From an uncultured Methanobrevibacter sp. (GTDB lineage: Archaea > Methanobacteriota > Methanobacteria > Methanobacteriales > Methanobacteriaceae), in assembly GCA_900320955.1 (NCBI GenBank), contig ONUN01000002.1, forward strand, positions 502 through 64,501: a stretch of DNA of 64,000 nucleotides, read 5' to 3'. The notes beneath the pieces were generated by a model that made no database searches, was not told the DNA's origin, and worked only from the letters and a program-made list of their open reading frames with translations. Shown one piece after another: positions 30,009 to 40,945 of this stretch. The first letter of the stretch is position 1, and the number at the start of each line of letters is the position of its first letter. Both the position numbers and the translations under genes were made by a program.

Positions 30009-32690
30009 TTAATGATTAAAAATCCAATCATAACATCTTTTTGAATTATTATGGTCATGATATTTAAAGAAATCATCAACACGTTTCTTATAGATTTCTT
30101 CCATCTTACAATCAGAATCCATATATTCTATTAGCTTATCAACCAATTCGTCTTCCTGTTTGATAACAGGACCGAACCCCATTGTTTCATACTGGAAATA
30201 TCCGTTATCTGAATCATAATGATAATCATTTCCATACTGGTAGTATACCAATGGCTTTTTAAGGTATGAAAAGTCGAAAAATATTGATGAATAATCAGTT
30301 ACCAGCACAGCTGATTCATTGAATATTTCCTGATATTTCTTGTTTTCATCAATCTGAACATAATCATTTTTATCAAATAAATATAAATATCGAACTAATT
30401 CAGGATGAGGTTTAAAGACTATTTCATAACCCTTTGCCTGTGCATGGTCAATTAAGCGTTTATTGTTAATCAAGGAGTTAAATCTAAAAAAATACTCTGA
30501 ATTTAAAACATCTTCTTCATCCGTCAAGTAATTTCTCCAGGAAGGCATGATTACTATTTGCCTTTTAAGGCCCTGATTGTTAAGATTGTCATATCTTGGA
30601 AGACCCAGCAATTGTATTACCTTATCGCCATAATTATATCCTTCATCAAATAATGATTCATACTCCAATTGGGTAGATGTTACAATCAGTTTTGGATTTC
30701 GGTCATATTTCCTAAGCCATGAAGACATGTTGTCCTTAATGATGCCATGCTGTAAAAAATAAAAGTCTACATTTGAAATGCCCGCTGTTTGATAATATTC
30801 CCTATTTCTAAATGGATTAAGGTAAAATTCAGATCCCTGTGATGAAATTATCTTATCTGCAAATGTATAATAGAACCTGTGCTTGATTGATTCAAATTTC
30901 AATACATTGCCGTATGTCTTTTCCAATCTTTCATAATCAGGGCTTGTTTCATTGATTGAGAAGAACTTTTTGATTCCGTCTTTCTGCTTTAATGCATACT
31001 TATAGAAATGTTCCCCATTATCATCCGCAGCCTGCTTTCTGTCCATTATTATCCAAATTTCCCGGTTTCTCATAAAAGGATACAGCAACAGATAAGCCAC
31101 TCTAAAAAACAATGCCTGCTTGAAGAATAAATTTTTGCCTCTATATACTTTTTTCAAACCATTCACTTCATATTTAAACAGTTTAGAGTATGAATAAGGC
31201 ATTATATTGAACTTATCGTCAAACATGATTATCATGTCATCTTTTACGTAGTAATTGCTATAATATGAAATGTTACAAAACTTCCTAAATCGTATTTCAC
31301 AATCCAGCTTGGTTGAATCGCCATAATTCACAATTAGTTTCACAGTCGAATTCTCGTCCCTGCTTCTGATTGAAACCGCCAAATCGAAGTTATAAACAAA
31401 ATTCCACTCAATGCCCATCATATATTGCGAATCACGTGTGGGATAGTGATAATAGCTTGCAGGAATAATTTCTTTTTCTCCGTTGGAATATTGCTTTATT
31501 CCATCGATGGAAATATTTTCCTTATCCATGATGCTTTCAAAATACCCTGAAAAGTACAAAACGTCGTCTCGAAGAGTTGCAAAATCCAAAATGAGATGCC
31601 TTGAAGACAAATCATCGATAACGTAATCCTCGCTGAGCACCTGAACATTATCCTCAGATATTTTAACATCAAAGGAATCATCACAGGTGCTGTTCAATAT
31701 GTTTTCCAAGGTTACGCTTCCACTTTTTATTGCAATTAAAAATGAGGAATGAGACTGGTTATTACAGATTTTCACTATCTCATCATTAGATATAAAGCTC
31801 AAAACATGTTTCATGGAGTTTAAAAAGTCATTAAGCTCTTCTTTAGATAAAACTGTGGAAACATCTGTATTTTTCAATAATAAAATCAGATTTTCCAATG
31901 CAACATGTTTGATAAACGGTTTGACTTCACCAGTCTTTTCAAGAGAATAATGGATCAATTCAGTTAAAAAATAATTAATTTTACTTGTGAAGAACTCCTT
32001 TTTTTGCATCAGTTCATCATGAACTTCATTTCTTATTCTCAAATAATAATAGATTCCATTATTCAAAAGGACATAGCTACCATTAACTAGCAAAAGTTGA
32101 TTTGCAAACATCATCTCTTCTGCATCAACAATTCTGGAGTCGAATGCTATGTCAGTTAATAATTCCCTTTTTATAAATGCAGAATAAATGAATCTCAAGA
32201 AAAAACCAGGAGTCTTATCTATATCAATCAATCCTGTTTTTTCATATGTTCTTGGCGAATAACTTTCTTCATTAGTAAAAACAGCAACAGGAAGACATAT
32301 TATACCTTCACCAGTTTCCTGAATGGCATTATGTATTTCTGATAATGCATTTTCATCAAGATAATCTCTGGAATCCAAAAAATTAACATATTCTGAATTT
32401 GAATATTCAAAGCCCATATTTCGCCCATCGGCAATTGATGAGGTTTCATTTGACAATACTAAAATGTTATCTGGAAATTGCTTTTCAAATCCTAGCGCTA
32501 TTTCATATGACTCATCATCGCTGGCACAGTCAATCAAAATAAGCTGCACATTCTCCGTGAAATCCATTGTCTGATTCAAAACAGATTGAACAGTATAGTC
32601 AAGATGCAGCCTATCATTATTAAAAGCAACAATTATCGAAAATTGTTTAAATTCCAATCTAGAATTTTTAATATTATCTTCAACAATCAT
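30009..32690 (-). CDS. Bifunctional GT2 + CDP-glycerol glycerophosphotransferase (TagF-like)
   Basis: N-terminal GT2 fold (FLDSRD); C-terminal ADDNGE, FLQHG, GLPRYD, MPSWR, KPHP and VTDYSS. Confidence 0.88.
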   Translation of the reverse strand: MIVEDNIKNSRLEFKQFSIIVAFNNDRLHLDYTVQSVLNQTMDFTENVQLILIDCASDDESYEIALGFEKQFPDNILVLSNETSSIADGRNMGFEYSNSEYVNFLDSRDYLDENALSEIHNAIQETGEGIICLPVAVFTNEESYSPRTYEKTGLIDIDKTPGFFLRFIYSAFIKRELLTDIAFDSRIVDAEEMMFANQLLLVNGSYVLLNNGIYYYLRIRNEVHDELMQKKEFFTSKINYFLTELIHYSLEKTGEVKPFIKHVALENLILLLKNTDVSTVLSKEELNDFLNSMKHVLSFISNDEIVKICNNQSHSSFLIAIKSGSVTLENILNSTCDDSFDVKISEDNVQVLSEDYVIDDLSSRHLILDFATLRDDVLYFSGYFESIMDKENISIDGIKQYSNGEKEIIPASYYHYPTRDSQYMMGIEWNFVYNFDLAVSIRSRDENSTVKLIVNYGDSTKLDCEIRFRKFCNISYYSNYYVKDDMIIMFDDKFNIMPYSYSKLFKYEVNGLKKVYRGKNLFFKQALFFRVAYLLLYPFMRNREIWIIMDRKQAADDNGEHFYKYALKQKDGIKKFFSINETSPDYERLEKTYGNVLKFESIKHRFYYTFADKIISSQGSEFYLNPFRNREYYQTAGISNVDFYFLQHGIIKDNMSSWLRKYDRNPKLIVTSTQLEYESLFDEGYNYGDKVIQLLGLPRYDNLNNQGLKRQIVIMPSWRNYLTDEEDVLNSEYFFRFNSLINNKRLIDHAQAKGYEIVFKPHPELVRYLYLFDKNDYVQIDENKKYQEIFNESAVLVTDYSSIFFDFSYLKKPLVYYQYGNDYHYDSDNGYFQYETMGFGPVIKQEDELVDKLIEYMDSDCKMEEIYKKRVDDFFKYHDHNNSKRCYDWIFNH

Positions 32691-32709
32691 GAATTAACCT
32701 TTTTCAATA

Positions 32710-33096
32710 CTAAGAATATCCATCATTAATATTCAATTCATTTATTGATTTTGATTTAGATAAAAACATTGTTCCATTATATGTTGAATGAACTGTATAA
32801 TTACCGTTTTCTAATGCGAGCAATTTAACTGCAGCATGCCCATTAGCATCAGTTGTTGCATTATATTTAACTCCCCATCCAGAATCATCCAATATTTTAA
32901 AATCAATAACCTGGTTTGGAATAACGTTCTTACGGTCATCCTTTAGAACAACTTCAAAGGAATCCCCATTCTTTAATGTGCTGTTGCTTACAACTTCAAT
33001 TCTTGATGTATGGGTATTTGCAAAAATGTAGGAAAATACCATAATGGCTGCAATAAGAACAACCACCGCAACAACAATCATCTTTTTTTTATCCAT
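32710..33096 (-). CDS. Small membrane-anchored Ig-like protein
   Basis: N-terminal TM helix and TTDANG.A…GNYTV…YNG Big-like motif. Confidence 0.75.
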   Translation of the reverse strand: MDKKKMIVVAVVVLIAAIMVFSYIFANTHTSRIEVVSNSTLKNGDSFEVVLKDDRKNVIPNQVIDFKILDDSGWGVKYNATTDANGHAAVKLLALENGNYTVHSTYNGTMFLSKSKSINELNINDGYS

Positions 33097-33118
33097 TAAC
33101 CATCCCTCTAACAGTTAA

Positions 33119-33544
33119 TTATTTGTTGTGAATTAATAAAGTATCTATTTCTGTTGTCTTAAGAACCTTTTCGGCTACACTCCCTATGAAAAATCTATGA
33201 AGACCACTTTTACCGGAAGAAGCAATGATAATCAAATCAACATCTTCCCTTTCAGCAACTTCATTAATCATATCTGCAGGAAAACCAACTTCAACAAGAG
33301 GTGTGACTTTAATGTCCTCTGGAAATTTCTTAACCATCTTATTGACTGAATCTTTCGCTTCCTTTACCAATCCTTTATTAATTTTTTTAACGTTTGATCT
33401 TGATTGGAAAGCAGAAGAGGTCAATTTACCTGCAACTGATAAAACAATTATTTCACCATCATCAGCCAGCAATTTAGTTGCTCTTTCAACTTCATCATCA
33501 GCATATGCAGAACCATCTGTAGGTAATAATATTTTTTTGTACAC
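33119..33544 (-). CDS. Universal stress protein (UspA family)
   Basis: YKKILLPTDGS, DLII..SSGKSG…FIGSVAEKV. Confidence 0.93.
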   Translation of the reverse strand: MYKKILLPTDGSAYADDEVERATKLLADDGEIIVLSVAGKLTSSAFQSRSNVKKINKGLVKEAKDSVNKMVKKFPEDIKVTPLVEVGFPADMINEVAEREDVDLIIIASSGKSGLHRFFIGSVAEKVLKTTEIDTLLIHNK

Positions 33545-33725
33545 GTGAACACCTTTAACAATTATTATGTAATTACTGATTTATAAATATATATTAAATT
33601 TGAAAAATTATCTAATTTTTAAATAAATTAATTAATTTATGGCCAACTTTGAAAAATTATGGCAATCAACCAAAAGATTGGCACAAAATAAATTCATTAT
33701 AATATTCAATTCACAATATGATACT

Positions 33726-35234
33726 CTATAAATTATGAATAATAGATTTATATTTAACGCAGGCTTCTCCAATGGATATGACCATTTCACAGTCAAGGTT
33801 CAGAGCTATCTTCAATCCATCCCTGAATTCCTCTTCAGAAGCTCCAATAGTTCCAGTCTTTTTGAAGTTTCCGATATTGTTGAAAAATATCCTATCTGTC
33901 AGGCTCGGATTTTCATCCAAAAATTCAATGGCTATCTTTTTGGAAGCCGTTGAAGCAGGAACCACAAATTTTGAGAATTTCAACACACTTTCAAATATAT
34001 TGCTGTCTCCAATATGGCCTGATTCTGAAGAAACTGTAATTACACAAGTGAAATCTCCAAACAATTTTTGGAATTCCCTTAAAACAGTTTCCACCCCAGC
34101 CGGATTGTGGGCATAATCAACAAAAAAGTCCTTTCCCCTGACTTTTGTAATTTCCTCCATCCTGCCGCTTACACCTGTGAAACTTTCAATTGTAGGCAGA
34201 ATCTTTTCATATGGAAGATTAAGGAATTTATGGGCTGCAATTATAACCCCAACAATATTGTATACATTGTGAAGTCCATCAATTGACATTTTAACTTCAA
34301 GCTTTTCCTCAGGAGTGTGCAGATCAAATGTTCTGTTTTTCAAATCAACGTTGGTTGCTATATAGTCCACCTGAGGTGTTGTAAGCCCACATTTGCAGAA
34401 GTAATATCCGCATCCTGAAATGATTTCCTTTACGCTTATCTCACGGCCGCATACGCATTCCTTTGTTCCTACGGATTGGGGTGTTTCATCCACTCCGAAT
34501 GTTATAACTTCGCCTTTAAAGTCAAGTTCCCTAATCAAGCCCATTATTGTCGGGTCATGACCATTGACTATTAATGTGCCTTCATTCAACTCAGATATGA
34601 ATTCACCCTTTACGTTTGCATAATCTATAAAGCTTCCAAGGTCATTCAAATGATCGGGAGTTATATTGGTTATAAGGCCGCCTTTCATGGAAGTGTTTCG
34701 AACTATCCTTCCAACGGTTCCCGGAACACCGAATGTACCCACTTCAAGTATGCCTACATCCCCATCCAAACGAGACTGCAGTATTGGAATGAATTCCGCA
34801 TTTCCCTGCATTCCTTCAAGGCCATGCTCTGAAGGGTTAATGCCGTTGTCATAAGCGATCTTTTTAAGGAGTGTGGTTGATGTTGTCTTTCCATTTGTTC
34901 CGGTTATTCCAAAAACGTCCTTGTCTGCCTTGATGTTTTCAATGACATCGGACAACTCAAGAATTGGCTTTGTACAATTCTTTATCACATCTGCATCTTT
35001 TGGAAGGCTTGCCGGAGGTATTACATAGTCTGCCCTTTTAAAGAATGTATCTGGAGTTTTACCGTAAAATACATCTATGTCATACCCATCCAGAGACTTT
35101 GCAAAACGGCAGTCCTTTTTAAATGTAACATCCGTCCCTATTACATTGTATCCTCTCTGTTTGAGGATTCTGGCTATAAGGTTTCCATTTGCTCCGCAAA
35201 CGCCAATTACTCCGAATGTCTTATCCTTATTCAT
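33726..35234 (-). CDS. Pseudomurein Mur ligase (pMurC-like) with Cys-rich insertion
   Basis: Rossmann GVCGANG, P-loop GTNGKTT, TNITPDHL, CVC…C…CKC insert, GRME, DYAHNP. Confidence 0.88.
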   Translation of the reverse strand: MNKDKTFGVIGVCGANGNLIARILKQRGYNVIGTDVTFKKDCRFAKSLDGYDIDVFYGKTPDTFFKRADYVIPPASLPKDADVIKNCTKPILELSDVIENIKADKDVFGITGTNGKTTSTTLLKKIAYDNGINPSEHGLEGMQGNAEFIPILQSRLDGDVGILEVGTFGVPGTVGRIVRNTSMKGGLITNITPDHLNDLGSFIDYANVKGEFISELNEGTLIVNGHDPTIMGLIRELDFKGEVITFGVDETPQSVGTKECVCGREISVKEIISGCGYYFCKCGLTTPQVDYIATNVDLKNRTFDLHTPEEKLEVKMSIDGLHNVYNIVGVIIAAHKFLNLPYEKILPTIESFTGVSGRMEEITKVRGKDFFVDYAHNPAGVETVLREFQKLFGDFTCVITVSSESGHIGDSNIFESVLKFSKFVVPASTASKKIAIEFLDENPSLTDRIFFNNIGNFKKTGTIGASEEEFRDGLKIALNLDCEMVISIGEACVKYKSIIHNL

Positions 35235-36615
35235 ATCTTTTTCTCCCGTCTTCAAGTCCAATCTTTATTTTGTTGACAATGTTTTCACGGTCAAATGATA
35301 TGAGCGGACCCATGTGCAGAATGATGTCTCCAGGTTCGGAGTATTTGAATGAGAGCGCCGCTGCCTCCTCAAGGGATTCTGTTGCAATCTTTATCATTTT
35401 TTCATTTGAAATTGCATCCAGGATTTCCTGAGCGATATGGAGTTCCACTTTCTGAATTGACTCGTCGAATCCGCTTGCAAGCACCGCCTTGATGTTGTCA
35501 TATTCATCCAAAATCAGACCAACTTCATGCTTGTCCCTTACCCAGGAAGTGTCGAAGTGATCGAGGAAAACGACAAGATTCTCTCCTTCAAAGTAATCGA
35601 GTGTTGTCCTGATTCCATCTGGAAGGAATGCTGCATCGATGATTACCTGCCTTCCGTTCATTTCACCGAAATCTTCCATATGGGCAGAGATTCCCTTGAA
35701 TTCTGTCAATCCTTTAATAATGTCCTCTTCGCTGAGCCCGTAATTTATACCAACTGCTGCAGCACCCACTGCATTTTCAAAAAAGTAGCTCATCATATAA
35801 AATGGTGTTTTGAATTTCTTATCGCCGTATTCTATGGTCAATTCCTTATCGCCCATTGTTCCCTTGAAGTCAACATCCTTGTCAAGAGCATAGAAAATGG
35901 TATCGTCCCTTAGAAGGTCAGTTTCCCTCATGCATTCTGCGTTTGCAATGAATGTTTCACAGATGTCCTGCATAATCAGCTTGCGCTTCTGATATTTTTC
36001 ATAAGACCCTCCAAACTCGTTAAGGTGTTCAGGTGTCAAGTAGGACAATACTCCAATTTTAATGTTCAGCTGGTCCAAAAGACCTAATGACCCATGAGGC
36101 AGTTCAAAAACAGCTATGTCACATTCATCTGCCTTTCCAGTCACTATTCCATCTATGATTGTTTCTGAAACAAGATTGTTTGCAAGTGATGAGCATGACC
36201 ATACGTCATAACCTGCCCCTTTAAATACGCTTGTGATAAGAGTAGTTGTAGTGGTTTTTCCCATGGAGCCTGTAATACCTATAATGTCTGTAGAGACAAG
36301 CTCATTTATCATTTGAGAGAATTCTTCATTGGTCAATATCTTAACATCGGTTTCAGCAATCAGCTTTGCTATTGGAGCGGAACTCGGCAAAGTCGGAGGA
36401 ACATAAACAGCTTCAATTCCATCCAATGTAGGGTTTGGATTTTTCAAATCCAAAATTACTCCCTCTTCATCCATCTTATGCAACCATGTTTGATAAATAG
36501 GTTTGAATTCAGACATTTCCTTTAAATCGGTCATTATGACCTTATGACCCAGATAATTGAGCAATCTTGCAACAGGCCTACTTGCATTTCCAGCGCCTAC
36601 AACTAAATAATTCAT
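35227..36615 (-). CDS. Pseudomurein Mur ligase (pMurD-like)
   Basis: VVGAGNA, GSMGKTTT, FE.P and PEHL motifs; overlaps the start of the downstream ligase. Confidence 0.85.
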   Translation of the reverse strand: MNYLVVGAGNASRPVARLLNYLGHKVIMTDLKEMSEFKPIYQTWLHKMDEEGVILDLKNPNPTLDGIEAVYVPPTLPSSAPIAKLIAETDVKILTNEEFSQMINELVSTDIIGITGSMGKTTTTTLITSVFKGAGYDVWSCSSLANNLVSETIIDGIVTGKADECDIAVFELPHGSLGLLDQLNIKIGVLSYLTPEHLNEFGGSYEKYQKRKLIMQDICETFIANAECMRETDLLRDDTIFYALDKDVDFKGTMGDKELTIEYGDKKFKTPFYMMSYFFENAVGAAAVGINYGLSEEDIIKGLTEFKGISAHMEDFGEMNGRQVIIDAAFLPDGIRTTLDYFEGENLVVFLDHFDTSWVRDKHEVGLILDEYDNIKAVLASGFDESIQKVELHIAQEILDAISNEKMIKIATESLEEAAALSFKYSEPGDIILHMGPLISFDRENIVNKIKIGLEDGRKRYE

Positions 36616-36723
36616 AAAAAATTTCTCCCTAAGTAATCTATTCACTTATAACTATGATTTTTAATGCTTAAATATATTGTTAAAATGAAGATTTTATTAA
36701 TAAAATAAAACATAGTAACTCAT

Positions 36724-37815
36724 ATGTCAAGACAAGATAAAATCGTTAAAACAAGCATCATTGGAATCGTTGTAAATTTGATACTTGTAGCATTCAAGGC
36801 GACAATTGGAATTCTTGTTAACTCAATTGCAATTACTTTGGATGCAGTCAACAACCTAACTGATGCTTTATCATCAATCATTACAATTATCGGAACCAAA
36901 TTGGCGGGAAAGGCTCCCGACAAAAATCACCCTTATGGATACGGTAGAATTGAATATTTTTCATCTGTAATCATTGCAGCGATTGTTCTATGGGCAGGTA
37001 TTACTGCATTGATGGAGTCTTGGCCAAAGATATTCAATCCGGATGTGACAGCATACAATACAGTGTCCCTGATAATCATTGCCGTTGCGGTCATCGTTAA
37101 GCTAGCACTTGGAAAATATGTGAAAAATGTTGGTGAAGACATAAACTCACAGGCTCTTGTTGCTTCTGGAAGCGATGCGTTTTTTGATGCGATACTTTCA
37201 CTTTCAACACTTGTTGCAGCCATAATATCAATATTCTGGCACATATCCCTTGAAGGGATTCTGGGAGTCATCATTTCATTCGTGATTATAAAGGCAAGTA
37301 TCGATATGCTTAAAGAGACTCTTGACAGCATGATCGGTGCAAGAGTCGATTCCGAGTTATCACGCAGAATAAAGGATTCCATTTGTGAAGTTCCCGAAGT
37401 TTACGGCGCATATGACCTGAACCTTCACAACTACGGTCCTGAAGATATGCAGGGGTCAGTTCATGTGGAAATTGACGGGGATTTAACCGCACTTGAAATT
37501 CAAAATTTAAGCCGTCAGATTACCTTAAAGATTTACAATGAATTTTCAATTGCACTGACTATTGGAATTTATGCAAGAAATGACAAATACTCCAATATAC
37601 GCAGTGATCTTGAAAACATCGCTTCACAATATGAGGAAATTCTGGAAATTCATGGTTTTATTGTATATGAAGACCAGAACCTGATTACATTTGACATGAT
37701 TGTTGACTTTGATGCAGATAGGGAAAAGGTCAAGGAAGAGGTTCTCTCAAAAATCAAGGAGAAACATCCCCAATTCAATTACATAATAATTGATGATTAC
37801 GACATAAGTGATTAA
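36724..37815 (+). CDS. Cation diffusion facilitator (CDF/FieF-like) transporter
   Basis: PD..HPYGYGRIEY, multiple TM helices, C-terminal dimerisation domain(s). Confidence 0.92.
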   Translation: MSRQDKIVKTSIIGIVVNLILVAFKATIGILVNSIAITLDAVNNLTDALSSIITIIGTKLAGKAPDKNHPYGYGRIEYFSSVIIAAIVLWAGITALMESWPKIFNPDVTAYNTVSLIIIAVAVIVKLALGKYVKNVGEDINSQALVASGSDAFFDAILSLSTLVAAIISIFWHISLEGILGVIISFVIIKASIDMLKETLDSMIGARVDSELSRRIKDSICEVPEVYGAYDLNLHNYGPEDMQGSVHVEIDGDLTALEIQNLSRQITLKIYNEFSIALTIGIYARNDKYSNIRSDLENIASQYEEILEIHGFIVYEDQNLITFDMIVDFDADREKVKEEVLSKIKEKHPQFNYIIIDDYDISD

Positions 37816-37855
37816 TAATAAAAGAGACATAAAAATTAGATAAAAGGTGAAAACT

Positions 37856-38218
37856 ATGGAAAAGAAAAAAATACTTTTAATCGCCATTGCTATTTTGATT
37901 ATAGCAGTAATTGGTATTGCGGCATACAGTGGGATGAACATGCAAAAGAATGTATCCGACAATGCACAATCCAATTCCACAAATACAGGAGAACTTAAAA
38001 ATAACACTACTGGAAATAATAATAACACTACTGTTGGAGACAATTCCGTATTGAATAAATCTGATTTGAACAAAACAAACAAAACATATAAAATATATGA
38101 CCCGCAGTCTGATGGATACGTTACTGTCGTTGGCGAAAAATTCGATAATGGTGTTAACAGATGGTACACTTATGATAAAGACGGTGTAAGATACTACAAT
38201 ACAAGAATTAGCCATTAA
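37856..38218 (+). CDS. Small secreted or membrane-anchored Asn/Thr-rich protein
   Basis: AGGTGA SD, N-terminal TM helix, N/T low-complexity stretch. Confidence 0.75.
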   Translation: MEKKKILLIAIAILIIAVIGIAAYSGMNMQKNVSDNAQSNSTNTGELKNNTTGNNNNTTVGDNSVLNKSDLNKTNKTYKIYDPQSDGYVTVVGEKFDNGVNRWYTYDKDGVRYYNTRISH

Positions 38219-38239
38219 TTCTTGTTTTTTCTTCTTTTT

Positions 38240-38533
38240 TTAATCAAAAAATACACTATTAATTAAATTATCCCTATATGTTGTCTCATCCCTTAGAGAT
38301 TCTATGTGATGGATGACATTTAATTTCAGGTCTTCTAATTTTATCCTGACTTCAAGATCTTTGAAATCGACATTGAAATGGATCATATATTTCAAATCCA
38401 TCTCATAGGTGTAAATTGCCCAGTCAGGTCCGTTGATGTCAAGCAGCCTGATTGACCATTTGGACATTATCGCGTTGATTTTGGATGTAACTTCAGATAT
38501 ATCGAAATCAGAATCGATTATTATTTCTTTCAT
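38240..38533 (-). CDS. Hypothetical protein
   Basis: ATGA overlap with the upstream gene; last gene of the minus-strand operon. Confidence 0.7.
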   Translation of the reverse strand: MKEIIIDSDFDISEVTSKINAIMSKWSIRLLDINGPDWAIYTYEMDLKYMIHFNVDFKDLEVRIKLEDLKLNVIHHIESLRDETTYRDNLINSVFFD

Positions 38534-38844
38534 TGATACAAACTCTCAGGTTCGATGTCTTTTAAAAGATTGCTGATTTCAACCACATTACCCTCATCCA
38601 AAACACCAAAGCTAATGATATGTTCCTTTTTAAGGGACATTATCTGGTTTTCTATTACTTCATTTGTTGAAACCAATAAAAAGGTAACCCATTCTTCATC
38701 TTCTGAAATATACTTGCATGGTTCAAAGAATTGGTATTTGAAAAAGAAAGTAACCAATAAATCTTCTACGTTTTCCTTTGGCTCTCTTTGGTTTTCTTTT
38801 GCAAATTGTCTTTCCAATTCAAAAAGTTTTTCCTTAAAATTCAT
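38530..38844 (-). CDS. Hypothetical acidic protein
   Basis: 104-aa ORF coupled to the next gene. Confidence 0.7.
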   Translation of the reverse strand: MNFKEKLFELERQFAKENQREPKENVEDLLVTFFFKYQFFEPCKYISEDEEWVTFLLVSTNEVIENQIMSLKKEHIISFGVLDEGNVVEISNLLKDIEPESLYQ

Positions 38845-38887
38845 GTTCAAAGATTTGTTTGTAATATTTTATATAGATTTTCCCAAT

Positions 38888-40024
38888 TTAAAATTCTTCC
38901 ATATAGCGTTTCACTACTTCAATATTGCAGTTTTGAAACCCTTCAGACAATATAAGCCATATCGCCTTGATAAAACCTTCATCAGATAGTTTATTACAGT
39001 TTTCATACTTCAGTTGTCCGTAATTGGGACTTTCTATTGTATCCTTAAGGAATTGTGTTTTAATCTCATCCCTTAAATCCCAATCCAGAAATCCTTCAAG
39101 CAGATTCTTGATGTAGATTGCAAATGTGTTTCCGATAGTCTTTGCAATGTCAACATGTTCAGGGTCCAGATCCTTTTGAATGGCTGTGAATGAGGAATAA
39201 TCCTGATAACCGAATATTGTGAATCGTCCCTCAACGCTGTGGGCTGCATATTCATCAATCAGACAGTTGAAACTTGAATTGCTCAATATATAAATAATGA
39301 CGGATTCCACATGTTTGTTTTTGCTCACGTCAAGTATTTTACAGACAGTATGAACCAGGAATTCCTTTAATAAAAAGTGTGACAGCTCGTGAATCAAAGT
39401 TGTGATTTGAAGGGATTTGCGTTGCCTGTCATCTACACAAATCCTGTTGAACTGGAAGTATCCCAAATCTTCACCATAGGACTTGTATTCCACTGTGACG
39501 AATGATTTTGCAAAGAGCAACACCTTATCCAGTATGTCCAGACTGTCCAAATCTATTGAATTATCCTTGATTGCATTGTCGAGATTTTTGAATCCCTGTG
39601 CTTTAATTGAATGGACAATATCATTAAAATCATCAATCGTAAAATCAAAATTGCATATAAGTTCAATATTTTCTTCTGTTAGTATGTTGGATGATTCCCC
39701 GCTGCCCCGAAATTCTATATTTGAGTTGATTTCGATGCATTTAATGTCATCAACCTCGTGGGGATATTTCAAGGTTACAAGGCAATCCGGACAGAAGTTT
39801 TCAATTGCATCAAATCTTTTGTTGCATTTCGGACAGATTTTTATTGACTTTACAGCGGGCGCTTCCAGACAAAAATCATCTTGTGCCTGTTCATAATTTA
39901 ATTTAACATCCATCATTTGAAACTCTTTGATTTTCAACATCAAAGGAGGATGCAATTCCTTAATCAAAGTCTGCTTTTCCAGGTCAGGTTCCACATATTT
40001 ATCCAATTGAGAATAATCACTCAT
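38888..40024 (-). CDS. Zinc-ribbon + ImmA/IrrE-like HExxH metallopeptidase
   Basis: CPKC…CPDC ribbon; TLIHELSH with a downstream DE..A third-ligand motif. Confidence 0.75.
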   Translation of the reverse strand: MSDYSQLDKYVEPDLEKQTLIKELHPPLMLKIKEFQMMDVKLNYEQAQDDFCLEAPAVKSIKICPKCNKRFDAIENFCPDCLVTLKYPHEVDDIKCIEINSNIEFRGSGESSNILTEENIELICNFDFTIDDFNDIVHSIKAQGFKNLDNAIKDNSIDLDSLDILDKVLLFAKSFVTVEYKSYGEDLGYFQFNRICVDDRQRKSLQITTLIHELSHFLLKEFLVHTVCKILDVSKNKHVESVIIYILSNSSFNCLIDEYAAHSVEGRFTIFGYQDYSSFTAIQKDLDPEHVDIAKTIGNTFAIYIKNLLEGFLDWDLRDEIKTQFLKDTIESPNYGQLKYENCNKLSDEGFIKAIWLILSEGFQNCNIEVVKRYMEEF

Positions 40025-40356
40025 AAAATCACCTCAAAAAAAATGAATGATGACATTAAACTTATTAACCAGATTACGACAGCTACAATCAGAATATATT
40101 TCCCATGTTTTGATGCCTGGCTTGAGTTTTTACGGGTCAGAAGATAAATTCCAATAATAATTCCAATTAACGGAATCAGAATTGCAAATATATAACCAAT
40201 CACAATTGCAAAAGTGTGTGATTCTTCATAAACTGGTCTTTGAGGTGTCTCTGTTCTTGAAACAGAATTTATTTTTGCCCCGAAACTTTTGCAGAAATTT
40301 GCACCGTCAGGCAGCTCTTCTCCACATGACGGGCAGTATATTACCATATCATTCAC
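40021..40356 (-). CDS. Zinc-ribbon + 2-TM membrane protein
   Basis: YCPSCG…FCKSFG (fourth Cys replaced by Phe), PLIGIIIGIYL…KHG. Confidence 0.8.
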   Translation of the reverse strand: MNDMVIYCPSCGEELPDGANFCKSFGAKINSVSRTETPQRPVYEESHTFAIVIGYIFAILIPLIGIIIGIYLLTRKNSSQASKHGKYILIVAVVIWLISLMSSFIFFEVIL

Positions 40357-40945
40357 CTAAATCGAATACTTTTTCTATCAATTGCTCTTCTGTTTTGTAA
40401 AAGTCAAGATTTAAAATGGACATCAATGTTTCGGGAGCTCCAATGAGCTGTGTCATTGAATACCATGGAAGGAATATGTTTTTTGCCCCCTGGTCATAGC
40501 ATAGCTTTAAAATTTCAGGCAAATTATTAGTTTGTTCTTTGTTGAGTATGACTGTAGCATCAGATGTTGGCTGATTAAGTTTGATGGATTCATTTGCTAC
40601 AATTTCCTGGCATTTAAAATTAGTTGCTTTTGTGGAACCTGTCAAATTATCGACTGTTGTTTTATTATTTTTGACGGATAATTTGAATATGTTTCTGTTT
40701 TCGATAAAGTATACTTCACCCACATCGGGTTTTGTATTCAGAAGGTCATCAGGCAAATCCCCGTAAAGCTCCTCTTGAACTTCCTTTTGAATTTCGGCAA
40801 GATTGACATAGGGGATGAAATCCTCTTCCTCGCCGGCTATTTTTTTCAAAAGACGAATGATTTCTTCATTCTGCTTTTCAATATTCTTATTGATTTTAAT
40901 TAACTCGGATAATTCAACACTATATGAACATGTAATAAATTGCAT
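40349..40945 (-). CDS. Hypothetical protein with N-terminal coiled coil
   Basis: LIKINKNIEKQNEEIIRLLKKIA; start position uncertain. Confidence 0.7.
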   Translation of the reverse strand: MQFITCSYSVELSELIKINKNIEKQNEEIIRLLKKIAGEEEDFIPYVNLAEIQKEVQEELYGDLPDDLLNTKPDVGEVYFIENRNIFKLSVKNNKTTVDNLTGSTKATNFKCQEIVANESIKLNQPTSDATVILNKEQTNNLPEILKLCYDQGAKNIFLPWYSMTQLIGAPETLMSILNLDFYKTEEQLIEKVFDLGE

